A DNA stretch of 32,000 nt from Desulfocapsa sulfexigens DSM 10523 (GCF_000341395.1 NC_020304.1:1980001-2012000); one strand, 5' to 3'; positions 1-10,325 are shown, counted from the stretch's first letter. The notes: generated by a model not told the origin, from the letters alone. Numbers and translations: made by a program.

Positions 1-1124
1 GTGGAGCAGTGGAGTATTGCGCAGTAAGTCTGCCCGAGGATACCATACTTCTTGTTCTGCCGGCCGATCATCTGATTCTTCGTAAGGCGGTGTTTCAAGA
101 GGTGGTGGCCGAGGCCGTCAGGCTTGCAGTAGAAGGGAAAATAGTCACATTCGGTATTGAGCCCCAGCATCCTGAAACCGGTTATGGCTACATAGAAAAA
201 GGGGAAGGAAGTTCTGTCAGATCCTTTCGCGAAAAACCTGATTATGAAACCGCAAAGTCCTATCTTGAGAAGGGAAATTATTTATGGAACTCTGGAATGT
301 TTGCTTTTAGCATTAAAACGTTCCGGGAAGAGATGGAACGGCTTGCCCCTGAAATGGTATCCTGCATGAGAGAATCTGTTCTGCTTGGCAAGAGAGATGG
401 AAGCTTTTTCAGGTTGGATGAGGCTGCTATGTCCCGTAGCCCGAGTGATTCCATCGATTATGCGCTCATGGAGAAGACGGATCGGGCCGCAGTGGTTGCG
501 GCTGATCTCGACTGGAGCGACATTGGCTCCTGGCATGCCCTGTGGGAAGTTTCCGCCAAAGACAAAGATGGTAATGTTACCAAGGGCGACGTTATTCTGG
601 AGGACACAAAAAACTGCCTGATACGCTCTGAAGACACTCTTGTGGCCACCGTTGGGCTGGAGGATATTCTTGTCGTTGAAACATCCGATGCTGTTTTGGT
701 GGCACCTCTTTCCCGGGCTCAGGATGTTAAAAAGATTGTTGCGAGACTAAAAAAAGACAGCAGGAGTGAGTTCAAGCTTCATCGTACAGTATACAGGCCC
801 TGGGGCAGTTATACCGTGCTTGAGCAGCATGAACGGTATCAGATAAAACGTATTACCGTGAGTCCCGGTTCAAAACTTTCCCTGCAGATGCATCATCACC
901 GCCATGAGCATTGGGTTGTGGTTTCGGGAACGGCACGTATTACAAATGGCGAGAAGGTTTTTCTCCTGTACGAAAATCAGTCAACCTATATTCCTGCTGG
1001 CGTCAATCATCGCCTGGAGAACCCAGGGGTTATGGATCTTGAATTGATTGAGGTGCAGAATGGGAGTTATCTGGGTGAGGATGATATCGTGCGGTTTGAG
1101 GACGATTACGGTCGTGGTGAGTAG
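1..1124 (+). CDS. manC: Mannose-1-phosphate guanylyltransferase / mannose-6-phosphate isomerase; the 5' end is cut by the window edge (about 100 aa missing)
   Basis: The frame is open to position 1. The C-terminal cupin block RPWGSYTVLEQHERYQIKRITVSPGSKLSLQMHHHRHEHWVVVSGTA is typical of ManC/CpsB. The upstream nucleotidyltransferase part includes NSGMFAF. Confidence 0.85.
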   Translation, partial: GAVEYCAVSLPEDTILLVLPADHLILRKAVFQEVVAEAVRLAVEGKIVTFGIEPQHPETGYGYIEKGEGSSVRSFREKPDYETAKSYLEKGNYLWNSGMFAFSIKTFREEMERLAPEMVSCMRESVLLGKRDGSFFRLDEAAMSRSPSDSIDYALMEKTDRAAVVAADLDWSDIGSWHALWEVSAKDKDGNVTKGDVILEDTKNCLIRSEDTLVATVGLEDILVVETSDAVLVAPLSRAQDVKKIVARLKKDSRSEFKLHRTVYRPWGSYTVLEQHERYQIKRITVSPGSKLSLQMHHHRHEHWVVVSGTARITNGEKVFLLYENQSTYIPAGVNHRLENPGVMDLELIEVQNGSYLGEDDIVRFEDDYGRGE

Positions 1125-1240
1125 GAATACTTTCTAAGCACCTCAGTTGCTCATGATCGCTTCATTTCATATGATGTAACTTCTGTGAGCCGATCACGAG
1201 CGCTGAGAGTGACGCTAAGTCCTTATGAAGAGGGCTCCTC

Positions 1241-2341
1241 CTATGAATGTTCTGGAAATAATTTATGTATTGCCTCTTTATTGGCTGCGACAACTCCCCG
1301 TTCTGTGATAAGGCCAGTCACCAGGCGTGCTGGCGTGATATCAAAGCTGTAGTTCAGTGCCCGGGTTCCAGGCGCGGTAAGTTGTACCGTCTCAATCCTG
1401 CCGTTATCGGTCAGGCCACTGATGGTGGTGACTTCATCGCCTGAACGCTCTTCAATGGGGATGTCGCTGCCATTGCTAATATTCCAGTCAAATGTGGAAG
1501 AGGGCAGGGCAACATAAAAAGGAATGTTGTTGTCATGAGCGGCCAGTGCTTTCAGGTAGGTTCCTATTTTATTTGCCACATCTCCTGTATGGGTGGTTCT
1601 GTCGGTTCCCACAATTACCATATCTACCATCTTCTGCTGCATAAGATGTCCTCCTGCGTTATCCGTTATCAGGGTGCAGGGTATTCCTTCCTGCTGCAGT
1701 TCCCAGGCAGTTAGTTTTGCCCCCTGGTTCCAGGGGCGTGTCTCGTCGACCCACACATGGACATCTATCCCGGCGTCCCTCGCCGCATAAATAGGAGCAG
1801 TTGCGCTCCCGTAGTCTACAAAGGCAAGCCAACCGGCATTGCAGTGGGTGAGGATATTGACAGTCCCACCACTCTTAGCCGTACTTATGTCCCTGATGAT
1901 CCCAGATCCATGTTGTCCGAGTGCCTTGCAGAAGGCAGCATCTTCGTCGGCAATTTCACAGGCTGTTTCAAAGACAATTCTTTTTTTGTCCTCCTCATCG
2001 GTTCCCTGCTCTGCTGCTTTGAGCACTCGATCAACTGCCCATTTAAGGTTTCTTGCTGTAGGTCTGCTTTTGTCGAGACGCTGACCACCATCTGCAAGGG
2101 CATTGGCCAGTTGACCAGGTCTGGCCTGCGCTGCTGCAAGGTGCATCCCAAAACCTGCTGTTGCCCCGATCAGGCCGGCTCCTCGTACGTGCATGTCCCG
2201 GATAGCCGTTATGGCGTCATCAACAGTGCAGAGAGATTCAATGATAAATTGATGAGGAAGTTTTCTCTGGTCAATGATCATAATCGTGTTGCTGTCGTCT
2301 GTTGGCCAGATTGTTCTGTAATGCTGATTTTTTATGTTCAT
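1241..2341 (-). CDS. mtnA: S-methyl-5-thioribose-1-phosphate isomerase (eIF-2B alpha/beta/delta family)
   Basis: 366 aa. N-terminus IIDQRKLPHQ...TAIRDMHVRGAGLIGATAGFG and the motifs ILTHCNAG and GTDRTTHTGDVANKIGTY are characteristic of MtnA. Confidence 0.85.
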   Translation of the reverse strand: MNIKNQHYRTIWPTDDSNTIMIIDQRKLPHQFIIESLCTVDDAITAIRDMHVRGAGLIGATAGFGMHLAAAQARPGQLANALADGGQRLDKSRPTARNLKWAVDRVLKAAEQGTDEEDKKRIVFETACEIADEDAAFCKALGQHGSGIIRDISTAKSGGTVNILTHCNAGWLAFVDYGSATAPIYAARDAGIDVHVWVDETRPWNQGAKLTAWELQQEGIPCTLITDNAGGHLMQQKMVDMVIVGTDRTTHTGDVANKIGTYLKALAAHDNNIPFYVALPSSTFDWNISNGSDIPIEERSGDEVTTISGLTDNGRIETVQLTAPGTRALNYSFDITPARLVTGLITERGVVAANKEAIHKLFPEHS

Positions 2342-2602
2342 GTTTGTGGTGTTTTAGTGAATTGTTTTTGTGAGACTAGCCGTGGAGGCTTCCCCTGAAA
2401 AGATAAACCATCGATTCTGCTTTAACAAGAGTCGTTCGGTTTTTGTCTGAATCGTGGTGTCGCTGTAAAGTTACAAGTTTGCAATATTTTCCGAGAATCG
2501 TTACAAAAATGTCACAATAACCATCCTGTATGTTTCTCTCTGAAATGAAAAAATGATTTTGAATGACCTTGCTGTTGGAGTGTTAGAGGTTCTCTGGCAT
2601 TC

Positions 2603-2618
2603 TGGCACGACTGTTGTA
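2603..2618 (+). promoter_or_regulatory. Sigma-54-like -24/-12 element upstream of amtB
   Basis: TGGCAC-N5-TTGT (TGGCACGACTGTTGTA). The spacing is correct for TGGCAC-N5-TTGC, but the -12 GC is GT. It lies about 180 nt upstream of the amtB ATG, and TCTGGCA is duplicated just upstream. Confidence 0.3.
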
Positions 2619-2798
2619 AGGAGGGGATAATTTTCTGTCTCTCTTGTGAAAATGTTTGTGGGGAGCACAGGTGGCAGGAGATGAAAACAACATATAGAGG
2701 ATTGCAGGTATGGATTGGAAGAGCCGTTTCTGTGATTTATTCAAAATTCGGGGGTTCTTTTCGGGAATCTTTCGAGTCTACATCCAGGGAGAAGAAAA

Positions 2799-4022
2799 AT
2801 GATTAGCGCTGCAGATACAGCCTTTATTCTGGCAGCGGCAGGACTGGTGTTGTTGATGACACCGGGGCTTGCCCTTTTTTACGCAGGAATGGTACGAAGT
2901 AAAAATGTTCTCGGTACCATGATGCAAAGTTTTTTTATGATAGCGCTTATCTCCATAGAATGGGTGTACCTTGGTTACTCCATGTCTTTTGGGCCGGATG
3001 TTGGTGGGGTGATTGGCGATCTTTCCTGGTTTGCTTTAAGTGGTGTGACGACTGCACCGAGCGCAGATTATGCGACAACCATTCCGCAGATCGTTTTTAT
3101 GATTTATCAGTGTATGTTTGCCATAATAACTCCGGCACTTATTACAGGAGCTTTTGCGGAGAGGGTTCGTTTCGTGCCGTTTCTTGTCTTTGCCTTTCTG
3201 TGGGCTGTTTTTGTCTATAATCCTGTTTGCCACTGGGTCTGGGGGAAGGGGGGCTGGCTTGGAAGTATGGGAGTCATGGATTTTGCCGGTGGCCTGGTTG
3301 TTCATGTGACATGTGGCGCGGCGGCTTTCGCTTCAATCCTCGTCATTGGGCCACGGCGCGGTTTTGGGAAGCGAAGTTTTATCCCCCACAGTCTGCCTCT
3401 CACGTTTATTGGAACAGGGCTACTCTGGTTTGGCTGGTTTGGCTTTAACGGCGGGTCGGCCCTTGCTGCAGATGAAGTGGCAGCTACTGCTTTTGTAGCA
3501 ACTCATCTTGCGGGTATGGCCGGTATGCTTATGTGGGTGATTGTTGAATGGGTTGTCCTTCGGCGCGCAACCACCCTTGGTGCGATGTCGGGTGCTATTG
3601 CGGGACTTGCAACCATTACTCCTGCTGCAGGCTTTGTCGGACCCAATTCTGCAATCATCATTGGATGTATTGCTGGTCTGGTCTGCTTTGGAGCCGTGAA
3701 CTTAAAAGTGAAATTGAAACTGGATGATTCTCTGGATGTTGTCGGGATTCATGGTGTGGGAGGAGCCGTTGGAACACTCTGCCTTGGGATTTTTGCTTCA
3801 ACCGCCGTGAATCCAGGCGGTGTCGATGGCCTGCTTGCCGGGAATATGGCTCAACTTTGGAAACAGGCTTTTGGGGTTGTCGTTGTGGGAGGATACACCT
3901 TGATTGTGAGCTGGATATTGTTGAAAGTCGTACACATTACCCTGGGTCTGAGAGTTTCTGAAGAGGCTGAGGTGGGAGGTGTTGATTATGCCGAGCATTC
4001 CGAAAATGCATACAATAGTTAG
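2799..4022 (+). CDS. amtB: Ammonium transporter (Amt family)
   Basis: 407 aa and polytopic. It carries the Amt signatures LLMTPGLALFYAGMVRSKN, DFAGGLVVH and VGIHGVGG. Confidence 0.95.
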   Translation: MISAADTAFILAAAGLVLLMTPGLALFYAGMVRSKNVLGTMMQSFFMIALISIEWVYLGYSMSFGPDVGGVIGDLSWFALSGVTTAPSADYATTIPQIVFMIYQCMFAIITPALITGAFAERVRFVPFLVFAFLWAVFVYNPVCHWVWGKGGWLGSMGVMDFAGGLVVHVTCGAAAFASILVIGPRRGFGKRSFIPHSLPLTFIGTGLLWFGWFGFNGGSALAADEVAATAFVATHLAGMAGMLMWVIVEWVVLRRATTLGAMSGAIAGLATITPAAGFVGPNSAIIIGCIAGLVCFGAVNLKVKLKLDDSLDVVGIHGVGGAVGTLCLGIFASTAVNPGGVDGLLAGNMAQLWKQAFGVVVVGGYTLIVSWILLKVVHITLGLRVSEEAEVGGVDYAEHSENAYNS

Positions 4023-4268
4023 CCCGGATTTCTTACGAGTCGAGATGACCATAGATGTGAGGAACGAGCAAGAAGTATGGGTTAAGTAGGAACTGATCAC
4101 TAAGTAGAGAAAAAAGAGCAGTGTTTGTCTGTTTTACTGCAACCTTCTGTTCTTTGGCCTGTTCAGTTGTGTGAACTTTTGGTATCCTGCAGATGGTGAC
4201 GGTTCTACGGAGAAAGTTGATATGCTGTGTAGCGCTCCAGTGAAGAAATACTTTGGAATAAGAGGTGA

Positions 4269-4610
<342 letters not shown>

Positions 4611-4754
4611 AAGAAGCTTAGGAGTCGTCACGGAATAACATGGTCGTTTGTATCGATTTCGTTACGACTCTTTATGTCGCGCTGGTTCCTTCAATGCTCA
4701 TGTTGTTTTTTCTCAGCTGCTTAATTTGCAGTGTAAACCCTTTTGTGTGAATCC

Positions 4755-7322
4755 ATGTCCCAACTACGTGCTCAAAGAGAAACACTTGAGGAGTTATGGA
4801 AGAAGGGGTTGAGTGGTCAGGCTCTGCTTCTCGAGCAAAGTCGACTGGTTGATGGGTTTATTGCCACTCATTTCAATGCTGCGGCAAGTGAAAAAGCCAC
4901 AAAAGGAGTTGCCCTTGTAGCTCTTGGCGGATACGGGCGCAGTGAGCTTTTTCCATATTCTGATATCGATCTTCTAATTCTTTTTAGAGAAGATGCGAAA
5001 GAGGAAATGGAAAAAATTGCAAATGGTGTACTGTATCCTCTTTGGGATACCGGGCTTGAAGTGGGGCACAGTGTCCGAACTTTGGAAGAGTGTTTGGATT
5101 TTGCAAAAGAAGATTTCTTCTTTCAAGTTGCCATGCTCGACGCTCGTCTCCTGGTAGGGTCAAATAGGCTTTTTGATGAGCTCCTTGTTCGCTACAGGAC
5201 TCAATTTATAGAAGGCTCACGGGATGAGTTTGTTCATGCCATGAAAACCTTTCGCAGTGACCGAAGAAAGCGTTTTGGCAGCCACAGCTACCTCCTTGAA
5301 CCAAACATTAAAGAAAGCAAGGGTGGAATGCGGGATATCCAGGCCATGCTCTGGACTGCCGCCTTTGTTTTCGGGTTGGTAGATCTCGACGCAATAACTG
5401 GAGCGGGAATACTTCTTGAAGAGGAGAGGGATGCCTTTGGTGAGTCCTGGAATATGCTCACCAGGGTACGGAATCGTCTCCATTATATCAGTGGCAGAAA
5501 GAATGATCAGCTCTACTTTGAGCAGCAGGAAGAGGTTGCTACCGCCTTTGGGTATCAGGCTCAAGATGGGGTGCTCGGGGTGGAGCATTTTATGCGGGAT
5601 CTCTATGGGCATCTGCAGGTCATTGCCGTTACCACTGATCTCTTTTTTGATCATGTGGATGATGTTCTCGGTTTTGCCAGTGGAAAAGGGGCAAGGCTGC
5701 AGGTTGTAGAGAAAGGAATAGAGTGTCGGAATAATCGAATTCATCTTACGACCTCGGAAGAGGATCTGAAGAGTCGACCTTATCTGTTGATGCGTTGTTT
5801 TCTTGCCTCTGCAAAAACTGGTTTTCCTCTTCATCACAGAACCAGAAAAATGATCACTGGGAATCTGGACCTGGTGACAGACAAGATGAGAAGTTCGGCG
5901 CGAATGTCCAAGCCATTTTTTGAGATTCTTGAAAGTGGTGAGGATGTTTTGACGGTGCTTGAAGTTATGCTCGAAACGGGTTTGCTCTCCGCGTATATCC
6001 CGGAGTTCGGAAATATTGAGTTACTGGTTCAGCATGATATTTACCATATATACACTGTTGATCGGCATTTGTTGCAGAGTGTTGCAGATTTGCAGGAGGT
6101 TACCAGAAGTGAAGAGTCAGTTTTTCAGACCATAGCGTCACCGCACGTCCTGTTTCTTGCGACTCTGCTTCATGATATTGGAAAGGGTTCCGGGGGGGAT
6201 CACTCAAATATTGGGGCAGAGATGGTTGGTGCGGTAGGAAGGCGTCTGGGGCTGAACGATGCTGAGTGTGCCTGCCTTGAGTTTGTTGTTCGCTATCATC
6301 TGTTTATGCCCGAAAGTGCCCTGCGTCGGGACTTGAATGATGAGCAGTTTGTGCAGCGCTGTGCAGAAACAATTGGAGATACTGAACGTCTCGCCATGCT
6401 ATACCTGATATCGGTTGCGGATGCTCGTGCCACTGGTCCTTCAGCCTGGAGTGACTGGAAGGGGGCGCTTCTATATGAGATGTATATGAAGGTTCACCCG
6501 TATCTTCAGTTTCAGGCAGTGGATGATGTGCTACCGATGGTGGATCAGGGGCTTGACTGGTTGCGTGAGCAGGTTGCCTCTCTTATTGGTGATGAGAGAG
6601 AGTGCGGAGTGACGGTGGATGATTTTCCTCCTGACTATTTGCTAAGCTTTACCCCTGAGGCCGTTGCTGCACATGTTCGGATACGTTGTGAGAATTACAA
6701 GGTGCTCCAACAGAAAGCTATAATTTTTCCTCGCAAACGGCAGGCGCAGTGGTCGCTCCTTATTATGTGCCGGGATCGCCGTGGATTGCTGGCGAAAATT
6801 TGTGGAGTACTTGGCCTTCACAATCTGTCAGTGCTTAATGCCCAAATTTTTACCTGGAAGGATGGAAGCGCCGTGGATATTCTCGATGTCCTTCCTGAAG
6901 ATGGTGTTGAGTATGAAGAGAAGGATTGGCAGGCGATAAATGATGATCTTAACCTGGCCTTGAATCATCGACTTGGGCTCGGTCACAGGTTGTATAAAAA
7001 ACTTTCCTCTGGTATTGGCAGAGCTAAACGTTCTACAGGAACGAACGAAATTAGAGTAGTGGTGGATAATAAGGCATCTGACAACTACACTGTCGTGGAA
7101 GTATATTCGGATGACAGTCCTGGGCAGTTGTATCGTATAACTCAGACTCTTGCCGATTTTGGGATAAACATCTATCGGGCTTTCATCGCAACGGAGGTTG
7201 AGCAGCTTATTGATGTTTTTTATGTGCTGGACAGTCAGCAGGAAAAGATAGTGGAGCCTGCATTTATCAAGGAATTGCGAGATGGCGTTCTCTATGCAAT
7301 AGGCGGTGGATTGCAGGGGTAG
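4755..7322 (+). CDS. glnD: [Protein-PII] uridylyltransferase / uridylyl-removing enzyme
   Basis: It has the nucleotidyltransferase motif GGYGRSELFPYSDIDLLILF, the HD motif LLHDIGKG, and two C-terminal ACT-like segments. The ATG at 4755 is preferred over the TTG at 4743 given by the ORF track. Confidence 0.9.
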   Translation: MSQLRAQRETLEELWKKGLSGQALLLEQSRLVDGFIATHFNAAASEKATKGVALVALGGYGRSELFPYSDIDLLILFREDAKEEMEKIANGVLYPLWDTGLEVGHSVRTLEECLDFAKEDFFFQVAMLDARLLVGSNRLFDELLVRYRTQFIEGSRDEFVHAMKTFRSDRRKRFGSHSYLLEPNIKESKGGMRDIQAMLWTAAFVFGLVDLDAITGAGILLEEERDAFGESWNMLTRVRNRLHYISGRKNDQLYFEQQEEVATAFGYQAQDGVLGVEHFMRDLYGHLQVIAVTTDLFFDHVDDVLGFASGKGARLQVVEKGIECRNNRIHLTTSEEDLKSRPYLLMRCFLASAKTGFPLHHRTRKMITGNLDLVTDKMRSSARMSKPFFEILESGEDVLTVLEVMLETGLLSAYIPEFGNIELLVQHDIYHIYTVDRHLLQSVADLQEVTRSEESVFQTIASPHVLFLATLLHDIGKGSGGDHSNIGAEMVGAVGRRLGLNDAECACLEFVVRYHLFMPESALRRDLNDEQFVQRCAETIGDTERLAMLYLISVADARATGPSAWSDWKGALLYEMYMKVHPYLQFQAVDDVLPMVDQGLDWLREQVASLIGDERECGVTVDDFPPDYLLSFTPEAVAAHVRIRCENYKVLQQKAIIFPRKRQAQWSLLIMCRDRRGLLAKICGVLGLHNLSVLNAQIFTWKDGSAVDILDVLPEDGVEYEEKDWQAINDDLNLALNHRLGLGHRLYKKLSSGIGRAKRSTGTNEIRVVVDNKASDNYTVVEVYSDDSPGQLYRITQTLADFGINIYRAFIATEVEQLIDVFYVLDSQQEKIVEPAFIKELRDGVLYAIGGGLQG

Positions 7323-7470
7323 AAAATTACATTTATGTAAACAAAAATATTTTCATTTTATTTATTTTCGCAAAATGGTAATGAATAGGTGTTTCTTATA
7401 GGCGTTCCATTTAAGAACGAAAATACGGCTACAAACCCATACGGGAAATTTCTTTCATTCGCCTTTAATC

Positions 7471-7479
7471 TGGTAAAAT
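7471..7479 (+). promoter_or_regulatory. Possible extended -10 promoter element for glnA
   Basis: TGGTAAAAT (TGn + TAAAAT) lies about 40 nt upstream of the glnA ATG. There is no convincing -35. Confidence 0.25.
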
Positions 7480-7519
7480 GAGAGAAGTATATTCAACTTT
7501 TAGTAAAGGAGACCAAACG

Positions 7520-8848
7520 ATGACCAGAGATGACATTATGAGAACTATCGAGGAGGAAAATATTCACTATTTCCGCCTTCAGTTTGTTGATATTTTCGGT
7601 TTTATGAAAAATGTTGCTATTCCACGCAGCCAGATAGAGAAGGCACTCGACGGCCAGATGATGTTTGATGGGTCATCCATCGATGGTTTCGTCCGTATTA
7701 ACGAATCTGATATGTACCTTAAGCCGGATTATAATACCTTTACCATTCTTCCCTGGAGAAATCAGGATGGTATTGCAGCAGCAAGGATTATCTGTGATGT
7801 GGCGAAATCCGACGGATCTCCTTTTGCTGGGTGCCCACGTAATAACCTGAAACGTGTTCTTGCAGAGGCAAAAGAGCTTGGCTACACCATGAATGTGGGT
7901 ACCGAAGCTGAGTTCTTCCTCTTTGAAAAAGACGAAGAAGGACGTGCTACCACTATCACCAATGATGTTGCCGGATACTTCAGCCTTGATCCCGAGGATA
8001 CCGGAAACGATTGTCGCCGTGAGATTATCGAGACCCTTGAAGAAATGGGTTTTGAGATTGAGGCGTCTCATCATGAGGTTGCAGAAGGTCAGCATGAGAT
8101 TAACTTCAAATATGCCGATGCACTCACTGCTGCTGATAATACTATCACCTTTAAGTGGGTAGTTAAGTCTATTGCTGCACGTTATGGGCTGTATGCCACC
8201 TTTATGCCAAAGCCAATTTTTGGAATCAATGGTTCAGGTATGCACACCAACCAGTCACTGTTTAATGCAGATGGTACCAATGCTTTTTTTGACGAGAATG
8301 GCCCCCTCAAACTTTCAGAGGTTGCCTACCAGTACATTGCGGGAGCTTTGAAGAACGCCCGTGGTTTTGCAGCGGTTACTAATCCATTAGTAAACTCCTA
8401 TAAGCGTCTTGTTCCAGGATACGAGGCTCCTGTTTATGCTGCATGGTCTGCATCTAACCGTTCTGCCCTTGTTCGTATTCCAGCTTCTCGTGGAATGGGA
8501 ACCCGTACTGAGATTCGATGTCCCGATCCAACCTGTAACCCATATCTTGCACTGGCAATGATGCTGAATTCAGGTCTTGACGGAGTGAAGAATAAACTGA
8601 CACCTCCACCTGCAGTTAATAAAGATATCTTTAAGATGTCTTCTGCTGAAATGGATGAGGTAGGTATCAAGGTAATGCCAGGTAGCCTGAAAGAGGCCAT
8701 CGAAGAACTTAAAAATAACCCAATTGCCGAGGCTACTCTTGGTTCTCATATCTTCGAGAAGTATATTGAAGCGAAGGAAGCTGAGTGGGATCGCTATCGT
8801 ACTGCGGTTACCGATTGGGAGCTTGATGAGTATCTTGATATTTATTAG
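7520..8848 (+). CDS. glnA: Glutamine synthetase, type I (Bacillus-like GSI-alpha)
   Basis: An AAGGAG RBS sits 7-8 nt before the ATG at 7520, giving 443 aa. Recalled similarity to B. subtilis GlnA runs along the whole length ([50 protein letters not shown]). Confidence 0.95.
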   Translation: MTRDDIMRTIEEENIHYFRLQFVDIFGFMKNVAIPRSQIEKALDGQMMFDGSSIDGFVRINESDMYLKPDYNTFTILPWRNQDGIAAARIICDVAKSDGSPFAGCPRNNLKRVLAEAKELGYTMNVGTEAEFFLFEKDEEGRATTITNDVAGYFSLDPEDTGNDCRREIIETLEEMGFEIEASHHEVAEGQHEINFKYADALTAADNTITFKWVVKSIAARYGLYATFMPKPIFGINGSGMHTNQSLFNADGTNAFFDENGPLKLSEVAYQYIAGALKNARGFAAVTNPLVNSYKRLVPGYEAPVYAAWSASNRSALVRIPASRGMGTRTEIRCPDPTCNPYLALAMMLNSGLDGVKNKLTPPPAVNKDIFKMSSAEMDEVGIKVMPGSLKEAIEELKNNPIAEATLGSHIFEKYIEAKEAEWDRYRTAVTDWELDEYLDIY

Positions 8849-8890
8849 TAGTAGTTCTTTGTAAGAAACTTGGTCTAAAAATAAAAGAAA

Positions 8891-8924
8891 GACCGTTAGC
8901 TCTTGGCTGACGGTCTTTTTTTTT
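8891..8924 (+). terminator. Rho-independent terminator of glnA
   Basis: The stem GACCGTTAGC / GCTGACGGTC (one G-U pair) has a short loop and is followed by T9. Confidence 0.8.
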
Positions 8925-9070
8925 GTTTAACGAAAGGTGATCCATTGCGATTGACTGCCTTGGTTGTCTCTTTAGTGAATATTTTTTTGTCAGAGGGATT
9001 GTGTGTAGTGCTAACGATAGAAACAGTTTAGGATCCTAGTTAAAGTGACTATTTTAATTAAGTTGATGAA

Positions 9071-9099
9071 AATAGGTATGTTTACCTATTGTTTTTTTT
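9071..9099 (+). promoter_or_regulatory. AT-rich palindrome plus T-run upstream of the PEP-CTERM gene (weak terminator/attenuator or operator)
   Basis: AATAGGTA-tgtt-TACCTATT is a perfect 8-bp inverted repeat followed by GTTTTTTTT, about 65 nt before the ATG at 9164. Confidence 0.3.
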
Positions 9100-9163
9100 A
9101 AAAGGATACATTACTGTTCAATATATAAGTAAAAAGATATATGTAAAATACTGGAGGTTCATC

Positions 9164-10036
9164 ATGAGAATCAAAATACTCCCTATAGTAGCAGCCGGTT
9201 TATTAGTGTGTGGTGTTATCGAATCGAATGCTACGGAATTTAATGGAAGTGCCACAGGAGAATGGGTTAGAGGGTCAGTTGTCATTGACCAAAGTCTGTG
9301 GCCAGCGAATTATACCGGCGACGTGTGGGGAATGGTTAATCAGGATGACGGTGTCACCGATCCTTTAGCTACTCCACCACCCGCTACATCTCCAGCTTTC
9401 AGTCCGTCACAAAACCCGTCTGGAAGCCCAGCTATCCCGGATGAAAGCGTGTCGCCTACGGCACTTTTCTGGTGGGGAAACCCGGGTACTGGTCTTACAC
9501 AGCCTGGCTGGGATAAGGAGTCTTCACCTAATAAATTTAATTTTGATGGCGTGGGTAGTACAGCTCCTCTTGGTGTTATGGAGACCAACGCTGGTGAGAG
9601 GTTTAAGTTTGGTGACTTTTGGTATACAAACGGAGACACATGGAGCGCCAGGGGTGTGACAGCTGTTGATTTGGCTGTTGATTTTTACATCCAAGAGATT
9701 AACAAAGAATTTACGATGTCAGGTACATTTGGGATTCTGAACACTATAAATGATGGTGGGGATGTAGATGATCTTGTTTCCCTAAGCGGATTCCAAGGAA
9801 CAACAGAATATTTCAGCTATAACAATAAAGACTATATGTTTACTGTTCTTGGTTTTTCTCAAGATGGTGGGGTCACGATAATCAATAGTTACGTAGCTCC
9901 CGAAAATAGTATAAGCTATGCAGGGTTGTATGCTGAGATAGTAGAGGTTCCAGTCCCTGAGCCAGCAACTTTTCTGCTCTTTGGTGTTGGCGTGATAGGC
10001 TTGATTGGTACGAAATTTAGAAAGAAAAACGTATAG
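9164..10036 (+). CDS. Secreted PEP-CTERM sorting-domain protein (exosortase substrate)
   Basis: A GGAGG RBS lies 6 nt before the ATG at 9164. It has a signal peptide (MRIKILPIVAAGLLVCGVIESNA), a Pro/Ser-rich linker, and the C-terminal VPEPATFLLFGVGVIGLIGTKFRKK (PEP motif, TM helix, basic tail). Confidence 0.85.
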   Translation: MRIKILPIVAAGLLVCGVIESNATEFNGSATGEWVRGSVVIDQSLWPANYTGDVWGMVNQDDGVTDPLATPPPATSPAFSPSQNPSGSPAIPDESVSPTALFWWGNPGTGLTQPGWDKESSPNKFNFDGVGSTAPLGVMETNAGERFKFGDFWYTNGDTWSARGVTAVDLAVDFYIQEINKEFTMSGTFGILNTINDGGDVDDLVSLSGFQGTTEYFSYNNKDYMFTVLGFSQDGGVTIINSYVAPENSISYAGLYAEIVEVPVPEPATFLLFGVGVIGLIGTKFRKKNV

Positions 10037-10051
10037 CAGGGTTGTGCTGTG

Positions 10052-10081
10052 TTGAACTCATATTGAGTGGGGTGTTATAAT
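10052..10081 (+). promoter_or_regulatory. Sigma70-like promoter for the lasso precursor gene
   Basis: TTGAAC (10052-10057), an 18-nt spacer, then TATAAT (10076-10081). The -10 overlaps the ATG at 10080, which argues that the precursor starts at 10137. Confidence 0.45.
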
Positions 10082-10136
10082 GATAGAGCAAAGTGAAGGC
10101 TCAGTTGATAATGGTAAAAAAGGAATTAGTTCCTCC

Positions 10137-10292
10137 ATGCCTCCTAAAAAATTAGAGTATTCAAAATCTATTCTTATTAATCATGGGTCTGTTGTGAGGC
10201 TAACTGCTGGATGTGCGGGTTCAGGGGCCGATTCTGGTACATATAGTGAGAGTTCATTTATTGGTCCCGATGGTTCATGTCAGTCAACTTGA
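10137..10292 (+). CDS. Lasso peptide precursor (A): 24-aa leader plus 27-aa core GCAGSGADSGTYSESSFIGPDGSCQST
   Basis: The leader MPPKKLEYSKSILINHGSVVRLTA has Tyr(-17), Leu(-12), Gly(-8) and Thr(-2), as in the YxxPxLxxxGxxxxxTx RRE-recognition motif. The core starts with Gly1 and has Asp8 as the ring acceptor. It sits next to the full set of maturation genes. Confidence 0.7.
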   Translation: MPPKKLEYSKSILINHGSVVRLTAGCAGSGADSGTYSESSFIGPDGSCQST

Positions 10293-10325
10293 TTCTTGTT
10301 GTTAATATGTAGTCACAAAGAGAAA

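Noticed and set aside
1150-1205. Imperfect inverted repeat GCTCATGATCG...CGATCACGAGC between manC and mtnA as a bidirectional terminator
   Set aside because: The loop is 31 nt, there is one mismatch, and there are no flanking T/A runs. It may still be a weak structure, but it is not supportable as a terminator.
1757-2398. 213-aa + strand ORF, plus 1593-1790, 1839-2084 and 1885-2151
   Set aside because: They lie entirely antisense to or inside the well-supported mtnA gene. They are Cys/Ser-rich low-complexity translations with no recognisable motifs or RBS.
4150-4170. Second sigma-54 promoter between amtB and the PII gene (TGGCCTGTTCAGTTGT)
   Set aside because: The spacing between the GG and TTG elements is N6 and not N5, and the -24 box is TGGCCT. 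This is not convincing.
5217-5837. 206-aa minus-strand ORF inside glnD
   Set aside because: It is antisense to a strongly supported 859-aa gene, has no motifs, and is typical shadow-ORF composition. The same applies to the short ORFs inside amtB, glnA, the cyclase, the oxidoreductase and others.
7395-7440. Possible glutamine (glnA-motif) riboswitch in the glnA leader (hairpin CGTTCCATTTAAGAACG)
   Set aside because: There is only a simple hairpin. I could not find the conserved glnA-RNA core nucleotides or the three-stem architecture.
10080-10136. Longer 70-aa form of the precursor starting at the ATG at 10080
   Set aside because: That ATG sits inside the best -10 box (TATAAT, 10076-10081) of the only good promoter upstream. 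It would also add 19 residues with no leader-motif content. The longer form is kept as a possibility if the gene is co-transcribed with the PEP-CTERM gene.
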